A stretch of DNA of 64,000 nt. Source: Anaeramoeba ignava BMAN (Eukaryota > Protista > Anaeramoebae). The notes under the pieces were generated by a model. The model worked only from the letters and a program-made list of their open reading frames with translations. It did not search any database and was not told where the DNA came from. The stretch covers positions 1 through 64,000 of the forward strand of contig JAPDFW010000058.1 of assembly GCA_028826165.1 (NCBI GenBank). The letters are read 5' to 3'. Both the position numbers and the translations under genes were made by a program. This document shows positions 23,708 to 37,034 of this stretch, in pieces (positions within the stretch are counted from its first letter, which is position 1; each line of letters opens with the position of its first letter).

Positions 23708-26700
23708 ATGAATTTAAAATTACAAATTTTAATAATTTTAGCGGTTTTATTGAGTTTTGTTGTTTCAGTTCCATCAAAACTTTATTATGTTGTTGGACAT
23801 GAATATGTTTATTCATTACACGGAACATTAGATGCAAGAGGGCATGATGTATCAGCAGGAACAGTAACTTATGGAACATCAAGTGCAATGGATGCAACTT
23901 ATGCAACTGAATGTGTTGATGAAGATGATGAAAAGTATTTGTTTGTTACAAACATGTTTGACACAACTGTTTCGGTTTCTCAAGGCAATAACCCCCCTCA
24001 ATTACGTAATTTAGGTGATACACCATTGGGAGATGATATGTATTATGAACAATACAAAGGTATTTTATTATTATAGGATGAAAATAGGAATTAAAATGAA
24101 ATTAAAATTAAAACAAAATTGAAAACAAAATTAAATTAAAATTAAAACAAAATTAAAACAAAATTAAAACAAAATTAAAACAAAATTAAAATGAAACAAA
24201 ATTAAAACAAAATTGAATTAAAATTGAAATAAAATTGAAATTAAAATTAAAATTAAAACAAAATTAAAACAAAATTAAAACAAAATTAAAACAAATTGGA
24301 ATTAAAATTTAAATTAAATTCAAACAAAATTAAAATTGAATTAAAATTAAATTAAAATTAAAATTAAAACAAAATTAAATTCAAATTGAATTAAACAAAA
24401 TTGAAATTAAAATTAAAACAAAATTAAAATTAAAATTAAAACAAAATTGAAAACAAAATTAAAATTAAAATTAAAACAAAATTGAAATCAAAATTCAAAC
24501 AAAATTAAAACAAAATTAAAATTGGAATTAAAATTTAAATTAAATTCAAACAAAATTAAAATTGAATTAAAATTTAAATTTAAATTGAAATTAAAATTGA
24601 AATTAAAATTTAAATTTAAATTGAAATTAAAATTGAAATTAAAATTGAAATTAAAATTTAAATTTAAATTGAAATTAAAATTGAAATTAAAATTTAAATT
24701 TAAATTGAAATTAAAATTGAAATTAAAATTTAAATTTAAATTGAAATTAAAATTGAAATTAAAAACAAAATTAAAAATAAAATTGAAATTAAAATTGAAA
24801 TTGAAATTAAAATCAAATTAAATTAAATTGAAATAAAATCAAAATTGAAAACAAAATTGAAAACAAAATTAAATTAAATTGGAACAAAATTGAAAACAAA
24901 ATTGAAAATAAAATTAAAAATAAATTCAAACAAAATTCAAACAAAATTAAAATTAAAACAAAATTAAAACAAAATTAAAATTAAAATTAAAACAAAATTG
25001 AAAACAAAATTAAATTAAATTGGAACAAAATTGAAAACAAAATTAAAATTAAAATTGAATTGAATTAAATTAAATTAAATTGGAACAAAATTAAATTAAA
25101 ATTAAAACAAAATTAAATTAAATTCAATTCAAATTAAAACAAAATTAAATTCAAATTAAAACAAAATTGAATTAAATTAAATTAAATTGAAATTGAAATT
25201 CAAATTAAAATTGAAAACAAAATTAAATTGAAATAAAATTGAAATTGAAATTCAAATTAAAATTAAAACAAAATTAAATTGAAACAAAATTGAAACAAAA
25301 TTGAAAACAAAATTGAAAACAAAATTAAAATTAAATTGAAATTAAAATTGAAATCAAAATTGAAATTAAAACAAAATTAAAACAAAATTCAAACAAAATT
25401 AAAACAAAATTAAAATTAAAATTGAAATTAATTGAAATCAAAATTAAAATTGAAATTAAAATTAAAATTAAAATTAAAATTGAAATCAAAATTGAAATTA
25501 AAATCAAAATTAAAATTAAAATTAAAATTAAAATTAAAATTGAAATTAAAATTCAAATTAAAATTAAAAATAAAATTGAAATTAAAATTGAAATTAAAAT
25601 TCAAACAAAATTAAAAATAAAAATAAAATTAAAATTGAAATTAAAATTGAAATTAAAATTGAAATTAAAATTCAAATTAAAATTCAAATTAAAATTAAAA
25701 ATAAAATTGAAATTAAAATTGAAATCAAAATTGAAATTAAAATTGAAATAAAATTAAAATTAAATTGAAATCAAAATTGAAATTAAAATTGAAATTAAAA
25801 TTGAAATTAAAATTGAAATTAAAATTGAAATTAAAATTGAAATTAAAATTGAAAATTAAAATAATTAAAAAATTAAAATAATTAAAAAATTAAAAAGCCA
25901 CCGGACAACTCGGAAACATCTGGTATGAATCAGACGATTCAATGGAACTCGTCAAGATCAAACTAGGAGCAATCAACTCTATGCAAACATATCTTGTTTC
26001 ACCAAACCAACACGCAACATATTTAGAAGACGACCCAGTAGGAAAACACGACTCAACAGTTTACGGATACAACGCAGCAGATGACAGTTTAAAAATCACG
26101 AAATCATTCACAGAAAAGAACGTAATAACATTTGCAGACACAGCATTGCTAGCCAAAGATGTGAAGATCCAAGCAACAACAACAACTGTGCTTGAAACAT
26201 ACGGGCACATCCAGACATCGTCAGTAAACCAACTCTCAGTATTCTTGAACAACGCGGCATCAAAACGACTCCGCGGCGCTGAGGGATACAACAGCGACAT
26301 CGGATCACAAGGCACCTTGGATGTTGTTCTCCAAATTATTTACGGACAAGGAGAACAAGGAAAACGTCTTAAGAGCTCAAATCACTTGAATTTCAAAACT
26401 CTTGCAAACTCAAAACGCCATGTTAAATCAACTTTGTTCGATCTCACACGCAAACACATTGAGCTCGAAAAGAAATCCAAAGATTTCGATTTCGATCCAA
26501 AAGAACTTTTGAACGAAATCATCTCGCTTCATTCCCAATTCCCTTCTTATGATGGCAAAATTGTGTCGAAATCACACAAATTGTCGAAGTATTTCCAGCG
26601 CAATCCTGAATTTACCCACGAAATCATGAGACCAATTCTTGAACTAGGCAACAACGATTATTTCTCAACTCTTTCATTGATCCTCACAAAGGCAGGCACA

Positions 26701-29083
26701 CCTGAGGCTCAAGATTTGCTTATCCAATTCGGACTCAATTCAGTAGATCCCGAAATCAAAAACAAGGCGATTGTTTCCACTCATTTCATCGAGCATCCAA
26801 CACTTGATTTGATCCAAGCGCTTATGCGCATTGGCAAGAAGGAGCGCAATTCTCTCGCGCTTTTCGCATTAGGATCTGTCCTCAAATCCACCGACAGTGA
26901 GGAGATACGATCGCGAGGATTGCAAATTGCTGGCAAGATGCTTTCGCGTGCAATTTCCTCAAAGAAACACAACAAAGTTGCTAATTTGTTATACTCTTTG
27001 GCTAATGCAGGTTCTTTTGTTGTTCCTTTTGAAATGATCCCTATTACTACTCTTGCTACTTATCCTGACACCACTGTCAAGAGAGCCTTCATCAATTTGA
27101 TTTCAAAGTTTTTGACTCATCCTCAACATTCCGAATCTGCTTTCCAAATTCTCTATTATTTGGCTCGAACTGAATCGGATTATACAATTACTTCTCATCT
27201 CAGCAAGTTGCTTCATCTTGATGCAACACAAGTTCAAATTCAAGGCAGTGATTTCCCATTCAACAAGTCATATGACAAAGGTTGATTATTTAAAATGAAA
27301 TTAAAATTAAAATCAAAATTAAAATTAAAATTAAAATTAAATTAAAATTAAAATTAAAATTAAAATTAAAATTCAATTTAAAATCAAAATTAAAATTAAA
27401 ATTAAAATTAAAATTAAAATCAAAATTAAAATTCAAATTAAAATCAAAATCAAAATTAAAATTAAAATTAAAATTAAAATTTAAATTTAAAATTAAAATT
27501 AAAATTAAAATTAAATTAAAAATTAAAATTAAAATTAAAATTAAAATTAAAATTAAATTTAAAATTAAAATTAAAATTAAAATTAAATTAAAAACAAATT
27601 AAAAATCAAAATTAAAATTAAAATTAAAATTAAAATCAAATTCTTTTCAGAATTAAAACTTGGTGGAAGCACAATCTCAGTTACTTTCAAAGGTGAATTA
27701 TTTGCAGGTACTAATTTCGATTGCAATCAACAATACTTCAATTACAAAGCTTACGCAAATGCAGAAGCTGATATTGATTTGTTTGGATGGGGAGATACCG
27801 CATTCCAAGCACAAGCAGAATACGGAAGAGAAAATGGAATAGTTCTTTCTGATAGAATTTTCGTTACTGTTTTTGGAAAAACAATTTATTCCAAAAACAT
27901 TCCTTATCTTGATTGCCAAGAAGTATTTATTTTTTATTGAAATTATTTTCCATTTTATTTTTTATTGAAATTTCTTCAATTGTTTAGCACACTTATAATT
28001 TGGCTCATACAAGTCCTGGATTCTCAGTATCTTATACTCTTTTTGTTTCTGTTATTCCAATTACATTTTATGCTCAAGCAACTTTGACTCTTAATCTTGA
28101 TTGGGTAAAAACTCAATTTAAAATCAAATTAAAAATTTAAATTAAATTAAATTAAATTAAATTATTTTTATTAATAAGGGTTGGAATATTTGTGATTCAG
28201 ATCTCAGCGCAATGATTGAATTAATTCCAGGTGCAATTGTTACATTTTCAGGAGGAGCAGAAATTGTAATTAATTTAAATTTTAATTTTATAAATGGATT
28301 TTAATTTAAATTTTACTATTGAATTTATAAATGAATTTTAATTTTAATTTTAATATTGAATTTTAATTTTAATTTTAATTTAAATTTTAATTTTAATTTT
28401 AATTTTAAATCAATTTAAATTTTATAAATGAATTTTAATTTTTATTTAATTTTGTAAAAATAAAGAACTTGTTCATCATCAAAGGTGGAGTTGAATTATC
28501 TGGAAGTATGAACACAGACATCAGACCACAAGGATATATCCACGGTTCTCTTTGCACTGTTGGATTTGATCTCCGAAGAACAAGTACACCCTTCTCAATT
28601 CAATTAGATGCATATTATGCATGGAAAGAATGCAAATTTTTGGTATGAATTTTTTTATCCGATTTTTAAAAAATTTTTTTCCGATTTTAAAAATTACTAA
28701 ATTTTTTTTATTTTATTTTTTTAAAACAAAAATAGATCTTTGATTGCCACTGTATTTTTTAAATTTTAAATTTAAATTTTAATTTAATTTAATTTATTTA
28801 TTTTTATTTTTATTTTTATTTAATTTTTAGGGGAAAACATGATGAATATGTAATTAGTTTTATTATTTAGATTTAATTTATAAATTTATCATTTTTTTTT
28901 ATAATTCCGTTTTTCTTTTTAAATTTTTCTTAATTTCTTTAGGTTTTCTGGAAATGGGTAATTAATTATTTTCAATTTAAATTTTCATTTTAAATTTTTA
29001 TTTTAAATTTTTATTTTAAATTTTTTTAGAGCGAACCAACTCATAATGATATCCTTTACCAAAAAGAATGGAAAATTGCTTAA
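23708..29083 (+). CDS. Secreted vitellogenin-N/MTP-like large lipid transfer protein (~830 aa, ~10 exons)
   Basis: Signal peptide MNLKLQILIILAVLLSFVVS. Motifs GHEYVYSLHG, IKLGAINSMQ, EDDPVG, LTKAGTPEAQDLL, HPTLDLIQAL, ALFALGSV, then a beta-rich C-terminus. Exons 23708-24059, 25898-27280, 27651-27922, three further internal exons and three 15-19 nt microexons before stop 29083. Confidence 0.6.
24090..25890. repeat. (ATTAAA/ATTGAA/AACAAA)n repeat filling intron 1 of the lipid-transfer-like gene
   Basis: Directly visible between donor 24060 and acceptor 25897. Confidence 0.93.
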
Positions 29084-29492
29084 GCATTTCAACAGTCCTT
29101 TTTTTAGCATTAAAAGTTTTGTTTTTCATTTCAATGAATTTTGAAATCAAAACTTTTTTTTCTTTTTTCAAATTCTCAAATCTTTTTCCAATTCCTTTTT
29201 TTCTTTTTCCAATTCCTTTTTTTCTTTTTTTTTTCAATCAAATTTCTGAATTGATTTCATTTTTTTTCATTCTTTTTTTTTTAGGTCATCTTTGATCTAA
29301 AAAAAAAATCAACAAGAAAAAAAATTATTGAAATCAAATTGATTTTTTTCTTCTTTCTTCTTTCTTCTTTCTTCTTTCTTTTTAAAAATTTCCATCTCAA
29401 ATTCTTTTCCAAAAAAACAAAATAAAAAATTAAAAAAAAAATTTTTCATTTTTTTCCTTTTTTTCCTTTTATTTTTAATAATAAATTTTATA

Positions 29493-31223
29493 ATGAATTT
29501 ATGGGATGATAAACATCAAAAACCTTTTAAAGAATTTGCAGATTTAAAGATTATTATTAATAAAGAAATATTTTATTGTCATAAATATTTGATTTATCAA
29601 AATGGATGTGAAAATTTTGCTCAATTTCTTCAATCAAAAAAATTTAGAAAAAATTTAAAAGAAAAAGAAAAAGAAAATTTAAAAGAACAAATTGTTGCAA
29701 TTCTTCGATTTATTTATAAAAGATTTGAAGAATCTATTCCTTTAAAAGATGCAAAATTAATTTTAGATTTTTTCATAAAATTTCCTGATCAAGTTTTGAT
29801 CTCAATTTTGATTCCTTTATGGCAAACTTTTATTGAATCAACAATAATTAAATCATCAGAAAATTCAACAAACAATTCAATGATTATTTATGGCAAAAAT
29901 TCCAACTTATTTGATGAAGATTTAATTTTACTTATTAAATCTTTTGATTTAATTTGTAGAACAGATGATTTATTAAGTGATCTCAAAGAAATAGAATATA
30001 AAAAATATAGAAACTTTATAAATTTAATGAGAAACAATTTTCAAACTTTTATTGAATTACAAATTGAAGTTTTTTATGATTTATCAATGCAAAGTTTACA
30101 AGAATTATTTGCGAATGATGTTTTACTTTGTGACAAATTGAATTATTTGATAAAATGGGCGAATCATCAAAATCAATTAGAAAATCAAAATCAAAATCAA
30201 AATCAAAATCAAAATCAAAATCAAAATGAAAATCAAACAGAAAATCAAATAGAAAATCAAAATCAAAATCAAAATATAAAAAAGAAAAAAAAAGATTCAA
30301 ATATTTTCGAGAAACAAGATGAAAATATTCGTAATTTAGTAACCAAAATATTGTACAAATTTGAACCACATGATGAAGTGGAGTTGATTCGTTATAGAAG
30401 TAATTATCACTTAATGAAGATCCTCATTTCAGAAACAGGAAAACTACTTAGTTCCAATAATTTTAAAAAAAAACAATCCCGTCATTCAATTTTGAAGGAA
30501 ATTTGGTCAATGATTCCTTCTGAAAAGATAAAACAAGATAACATAAACTATGAATACCTCCAACAAGGATTATCTTGGGTTGTTTTTCCATTAAAATCAA
30601 ATATTCTTGTTGAACAAGCTTTATTAGAAGTTTTCCAAGAATCAAAAGGAAATCAAAATCAAAAATTTCCACGAATTAATTATATTGAATATTTGAAAAA
30701 GTGGATCAATAACGAAGAATTCTTCAAAAATGTTGAACTTGTTTTTGAAAAAAAAGGGAAAAATTCATCTGCAAATTTTCACAAAGCTTGTGATAAACGA
30801 GGAGAAACCCTTGTTTTAATTCAAACCATTTTTGATAATCGACGAGCAATATTTGGAGGATTTTCCAAAGTGGGATGGAATCCTGAAAAATATGGAACAA
30901 AACAATATATTCCTGATCCAAATGCTTTTATTTTTTCGTTATTAAATCCGTTAGATTTGCCTCCTCAAAAATTCAAAGTTGATCCAACAAGATCTTCTTT
31001 TGCTCTCCAATATAATGAAAAATGTGGACCTATTTTTGGAGGAGGAATTGGTGGTTCGGATATTGCTATTTTGGATGATTTGGAGAAAGGTTTTTCTTTT
31101 TTTGGAACTGCTTATAAAACTGTTAAAAATTTTTATTATCCAATTCAAACTCAAAATTATTTTGCTGGTTGTTTTGATAAATTTCGAGTTCAAAAATTAG
31201 AAGTTTTTTGTAAAAGAAAATAA
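29493..31223 (+). CDS. Divergent BTB-BACK-TLDc domain protein
   Basis: FADLKIIINKEIFYCHKYLI (BTB start), LIKW, NQ linker, TLDc NFHKACDKRGETLVLIQT..IFGGFS..DPNAFIFSL..GPIFGGG..SDIAI. Confidence 0.88.
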   Translation: MNLWDDKHQKPFKEFADLKIIINKEIFYCHKYLIYQNGCENFAQFLQSKKFRKNLKEKEKENLKEQIVAILRFIYKRFEESIPLKDAKLILDFFIKFPDQVLISILIPLWQTFIESTIIKSSENSTNNSMIIYGKNSNLFDEDLILLIKSFDLICRTDDLLSDLKEIEYKKYRNFINLMRNNFQTFIELQIEVFYDLSMQSLQELFANDVLLCDKLNYLIKWANHQNQLENQNQNQNQNQNQNQNENQTENQIENQNQNQNIKKKKKDSNIFEKQDENIRNLVTKILYKFEPHDEVELIRYRSNYHLMKILISETGKLLSSNNFKKKQSRHSILKEIWSMIPSEKIKQDNINYEYLQQGLSWVVFPLKSNILVEQALLEVFQESKGNQNQKFPRINYIEYLKKWINNEEFFKNVELVFEKKGKNSSANFHKACDKRGETLVLIQTIFDNRRAIFGGFSKVGWNPEKYGTKQYIPDPNAFIFSLLNPLDLPPQKFKVDPTRSSFALQYNEKCGPIFGGGIGGSDIAILDDLEKGFSFFGTAYKTVKNFYYPIQTQNYFAGCFDKFRVQKLEVFCKRK

Positions 31224-31346
31224 AAGAAAATAAAATGAAAGTTTTTTTTATTTTTGTTTTTATTTTTTTTTTTAAGATCTTATTTTGAAAAATTTTTTAA
31301 GAAAGAAATTTTTTTTCTTTTGAAGAAAAAAAAAAGTTTTGAATTT

Positions 31347-34300
31347 TTAAATGTCATCATGATCAGGTTCATCAGGACCTTCATCAAAACCTTTTTCTTC
31401 GCTTTCATTTGCTTTTTCAGCTAATTCTTTTGCTCTTTCTAATTGGTCTTCTGTAGTTTTTTCTGATTGACGAATAAGTTCATCAGGAAATTGTAAAGAT
31501 TTGATTGCGTTATTATGAATTTCCAAACAAAATTTAATTCTTTGATCGAAAACTTTTTGAGGAATAAATGTTGTATAAATGTTAATTTTTTGGTTAGATT
31601 TTAAGAATCCATTTTCGTGATCTATAACAGCATCAATTACACCATCTTTTATTGCCTTTTTTTAAAATAAATTTTTCAAATAAATTTTTAAATAAATTTT
31701 AAAATAAATTTTCAAATAAATTTCTAAATAAATTTTTAAATAATTTTTAAATAAATTTCTAAATAAATTTTTAAATAAATTTATAAATAAATTTTCAAAT
31801 AAATTTATAAATAAATTTATAAATAAATTTTCAAATAATCTTTTAATAAATTTTTAAATAAATCTCTAAATAAATTTATAAATAAATTTATAAATAAATT
31901 TTATAAATAAATTTCTAAATAAATCTCTAAATAAATTTTTAAATAAATTTCTAAATAAATTTTCAAATAAATTTTTAAACAAATTTTCAAATAAATTTTA
32001 AATAAATTTCTAAATAAATTTTTAAATAAATTTCTAAATAAATTTTCAAATAAATTTTCAAATAAATTTATAAATACATTTTTAAATAAATTTATAATAA
32101 ATTTTTAAATAAATTTCTAAATAAATTTTTAAATAAATTTTTAAATAAATTTCTAAATAAATTTTTAAATAAATTTTTAAAATAAATTTATAAATAAATT
32201 TTCAAATAAATTTATAAATAAATTTTTAAATAAATTTATAAATAAATTTATAAATAAATTTCTAAATAAATTTCTAAATAAATTTTCAAATAAATTTATA
32301 AATAAATTTCTAAATAAATTTATAAATAAATTTTAAATAAATTTTTAAATAAATTTTTAAATAAATTTTAAAATAAATTTTCAAAATAAATTTATAAATA
32401 AATTTTAAATAAATTTTTAAATAAATTTATAAATAAATTTTTAAATAAATTTTTAAATAAATTTTTAAATAAATTTTTAAATAAATTTCTAAATAAATTT
32501 TCAAATAAATTTTCAAATAAATTTTTCAAATAAATTTCTAAATAAATTTTTAAATAAATTTATAAATAAATTTCTAAATAAATTTTTAAATAAATTTCTA
32601 ATAAATTTCTAATAAATTTATAAATAAATTTTCAAATAAATTTTCAAATAAATTTTCAAATAAATTTTTAAATAAATTTATAAATAAATTTCTAAATAAA
32701 TTTTCAAATAAATTTTTAAATAGATTTTAATCAAATTTTCTATTTATACTTTTGCACAAATAAATTCAGCATCATTTTCAGAATCTAAGTGAAGTTTTGA
32801 AGCAATATCAGCGAAAGAAATTCTAGAGTAAGAAACACAAATCTTTTTAAGTCCTGTTTTAATAACGTTATGTTTGAGTCTATTTTTTAATTTTAATTTT
32901 AATTTTGATTTTAATTTTAATATTAATATTAATTTTAATTTTAATTTTAATTTTAATTTTAAATTTTAATTTTAATATTAATTTTAATATTAATTTTAAT
33001 TTTAATTTTAGTTTATAATTTTAATTTTAATTTTAATTTTAATTTTAATTTTAATTTTAATTTTAAATTTTAATTTTAATTTTAATTTTAATTTCAATAT
33101 TAATTTAAATTTTAATTTTAATTTTAATTTTAATTTTAATTTTAATTTTAATTTTAATTTTAATTTTAATATTAATTTAAATTTTAATTTTAATTTTAAT
33201 TTTAATTTTAATTTTAATTTTAATTTTAATTTTAATTTTGATTTTAATTTTAATTTCAATATTAATTTAAATTTTAATTTTAATTTTAATTTTAATTTTA
33301 ATTTTTAATTTTAATTTTAATTTTAATTTTAATATTAATTTAAATTTTAATTTTAATTTTAATTTTAATTTTAATTTTGATTTTTAATTTTAATTTTAAT
33401 TTTAATTTTAATTTTAATATTAATTTTAATTTTAATATTAATTTTAATTTCAATTTTAATTTTAATGATTTTAATTTTAATATTTGAAAATTACCTCATA
33501 ATTAAAGAATAAGTTCCATCATTTTGGAAAATAAGATTATATTTTTCAATAACTTTCAAATAAGAAGATAAATTACCAACTCTTGAAGCACTTGTAATTT
33601 CCAAATAAGGAGATAATTCATGTTGAAGTTCTTTCTGGAAAAACAAGTCTTTTTCTGGAATTTCACCCATTAGAAGCTGAACGACACACAAGAACTTTGT
33701 GGCCTTTAATCGAAATCCCTTTGCACCAGTTTGGGGTGCTTTTCTAATTGCTTGAGTTAAATATTGAAGACTTTCTGAGTAATCTAATTCAATTGCTTTT
33801 ATTCTTCCTAAATAATAATAATATCTTGCAAATTGTGCATTTTCACTATTTTCGGGAAATTGTGTTTTCGATACTAATTTATCTGCTTGTTGATATAGAT
33901 TGTATCGTAAATAATTGTGAAGAAGTGTGTTGATTAAGACTGCTTGACATGCTTCATCGTGTCTTATTGTTGCTGTTCGAAGATTGCTGAATAATTTTCT
34001 TTTTAATTTTAAATTTTAATTTTGATTTTAATTTTAATTTTAATTTTAATTTTAATTTTTAATTTTAAATTTTAATTTTAATTTTAATTTTAATTTTTAA
34101 TTTTTAATTTTAATTTTAATTTTAATTTTAAATTTTAATTTTAATTTTAATTTTAATTTTAATTTTAATTTTGATTTTAATTTTAATTTTAATTTTAATT
34201 TTAATTTTAATTTTAATTTTAATTTTAATTTTAATTTTAATTTTAATTTTAATTTTAATTTTAATTTATTATTGAATTTTAATTTTAAATTTAATTTTAA

Positions 34301-34863
34301 ATTTTGAATAAATACTCTCTAATCTCAATATCCTTATCCAAAAGTTGATGAACCCTAGCGAAATAAAAGAACACTTTAGCAGCCAAATCATCCAAAGTTC
34401 TTCTATTTTGTTCCACGACAATTTGATAAAGAAGTTGAGCAATTAAAAGAGCATTTTGAACTAAAGCGAAGTCAATAAGAGAAACAAGAAGAAGAAGAAG
34501 AACATAAATTTCCTGCTCAACAGTATCTGATTTCTCTTCTTTAATCATTTGAATAACAATTTCATTTTGAATCATTTTATCGATTTGAATTTTTTCGTCT
34601 TCAGAAACATTAAGAAGCTTTCCAATATCAATGCCGAGTTGGGTAAATAAAGCGTGTTCCGGCTTGATGTAAATTTTCGTTAGTAAGAACAATATTGTTC
34701 GGTTCATTTTCTTCCGATTCGCATTGAATTTTCGAAGTACTCGCTGCAAAAATCTTCTTTCTTCTGTTGATACATATTTCTTGATTAATCCCATCTGCGA
34801 CTGGATTTCTTTTAATGTTAGATAATCTAATTCGTTGCTTTCTTGTTTTTCTTCAATTTCCAT
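31347..34863 (-). CDS. PSMD3: 26S proteasome regulatory subunit Rpn3, 4 exons (34863-34316, 33998-33495, 32879-32750, 31655-31347)
   Basis: [91 protein letters not shown]; all introns GT-AG. Confidence 0.96.
31665..32720. repeat. 12-bp (AAATAAATTTTT)n repeat in PSMD3 intron 3
   Basis: Directly visible. Confidence 0.93.
32885..33480. repeat. (TTTTAA)n repeat in PSMD3 intron 2 (same motif fills intron 1, ~34000-34300)
   Basis: Directly visible. Confidence 0.92.
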
Positions 34864-34944
34864 TTTATTTGTAAAGAAAAAAATGAAAAATGAAAATGAA
34901 AAATTAAAAAAAATTTTTTCTTGTTTTTTTTTTCAAATTTTTCA

Positions 34945-36730
34945 TTTTTTATTTAATAACAAAATATCAATAATAAATTAAAGTTTGATTTATATTTAAT
35001 AATAGAATTGTTTTAGAAATATCTTTTTATTAAATTTTATAATTTTTAAGTAAATAATTTAATTATTTATTAATTGTAAAAAAATAATATTATTCTTCTT
35101 TTTATTTAATAACAAAATATCAAGAATAAATTAAAGTTTAATTTATATTCAATAATAGAATTGTTTGTAAATATCTTTTTATTTAATTTTATAATTTTTA
35201 ATTAAATAATTTAATTATTTATTAATTGTAAAAATAATATTATTCTTCTTTTTATTTAATAACAAAAAATATCAATAATAAATTAAAGTTTGATTTATAT
35301 TTAATAATAGAATTGTTTTTAAATATCTTTTTATTTAATTTTATAATTTTTAATTAAATAATTTAATTATTTTTTATTAATTGTAAAAAAATAATATTAT
35401 TCTTCTTTTTATTTAATAACAAAATATAAAGAATAAATTAAAGTTTGATTTATATTTAATAATAAAGAATTGTTTTGAAATATCTTTTTATTTCTTTTTA
35501 ATTTTATAATTTTTAATTAAATAATTAAATTATTTATTAATTGTAAAAATATTATTATTCTTCTTTTTATTTAATAACAAAATATCAATAATAAATTAAA
35601 GTTTGATTTATATTTAATAATAGAATTGTTTTGAAATATCTTTTTATTTAAATTTTATAATTTTTAATTAAATAATTAAATTATTTATTAATTGAAAAAT
35701 TAATATTATTCTTCTTTTTATTTAATAACAAAATATCAATAAATAAATTAAAGTTTGATTTATGTTTAATAATAGAATTGTTTTAGAAATATCTTTTTAT
35801 TTAAATTTTATAATTTTTAATTAAATAATTTGATTATTTATTAATTGAAAAATAATATTATTATTCTTTTTTTTGTTTAATAACAAAATATCAATAATAA
35901 ATTAAATTTTAATTTATATTTAATAATAGAATTGTTTTTAAAATATCTTTTTATTTAATTTTATAATTTTTAATTAAATAATTTAATTATTTATTAATAA
36001 AATTAAAAATAATATTATTCTTCTTTTTGTTTAATAATAAAAAATATCAATAATAAATTAAAGTTTGATTTATATTTAATAATAGAATTGTTTGTAAATA
36101 TCTTTTTATTTAATTTTATAATTTTTAATTAAATAATTTAATTATTTATTAATTGAAAAATTAATATTATTCTTCTTTTTATTTAATAACAAAATATCAA
36201 TAATAAATTAAAGTTTAATTTATATTTAATAATAGAATTGTTTTGAAATATCTTTTTATTTAATTTTATAATTTTTAATTAAATAATTTAATTATTTATT
36301 AATTGTAAAAAAATAATATTATTCTTCTTTTTATTTAATAACAAAATATCAATAATAAATTAAAGTTTAATTTATATTTAATAATAGAATTGTTTTTGAA
36401 ATATCTTTTTATTTAATTTTATAATTTTTAAGTAAATAATTAAATTATTTATTAATTGAAAAAAATTAATATTATTCTTCTTTTTATTTAATAACAAAAT
36501 ATCAAGAATGAATTAAAGTTTGATTTATATTTAATAATAGAATTGTTTTGAAATATCTTTTTTATTTAATTTTATAATTTCTAATTAAATAATTAAATTA
36601 TTTATTAATTGTAAAAAAAATTAAAAAAATAATATTATTCTTCTTTTTATTTAATAACAAAATATCAATAATAAATTAAAGTTTGATTTATATTTAATAA
36701 TAGAATTGTTTTGAAATATCTTTTTATTAA
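34945..36730. repeat. Intergenic AT-rich satellite, ~153-bp unit, ~12 copies
   Basis: TTCTTCTTTTTATTTAATAACAAAATATC anchor recurs at roughly 150-160 bp intervals. Confidence 0.92.
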
Positions 36731-37034
36731 AAAGTCCGATTTTAAAAAAAAAAAGAAAAAAAAAGAAAAAAAAAAGGAAAATTAGATTTTTATTTAATAA
36801 TAAAATGTCCATTTTCAAAAGCAAAAAAATTAAGTCTACTTTTTTTTTCTTTTTAAAATAATTTTTTAATTATAATTTATTTTTATGATCAAATTAAAAA
36901 CCTTTTTAATAATTCAAAAAAAAACAAAAATAAAAATTTAAATTAAAAAAGGAAAAATCTTTTTTTTTTGTTTTTCATTTTTTTTCTTCTTTTTCATCTC
37001 TTAATAGCTTTTATTCCTAAATAATTTGATAAAA

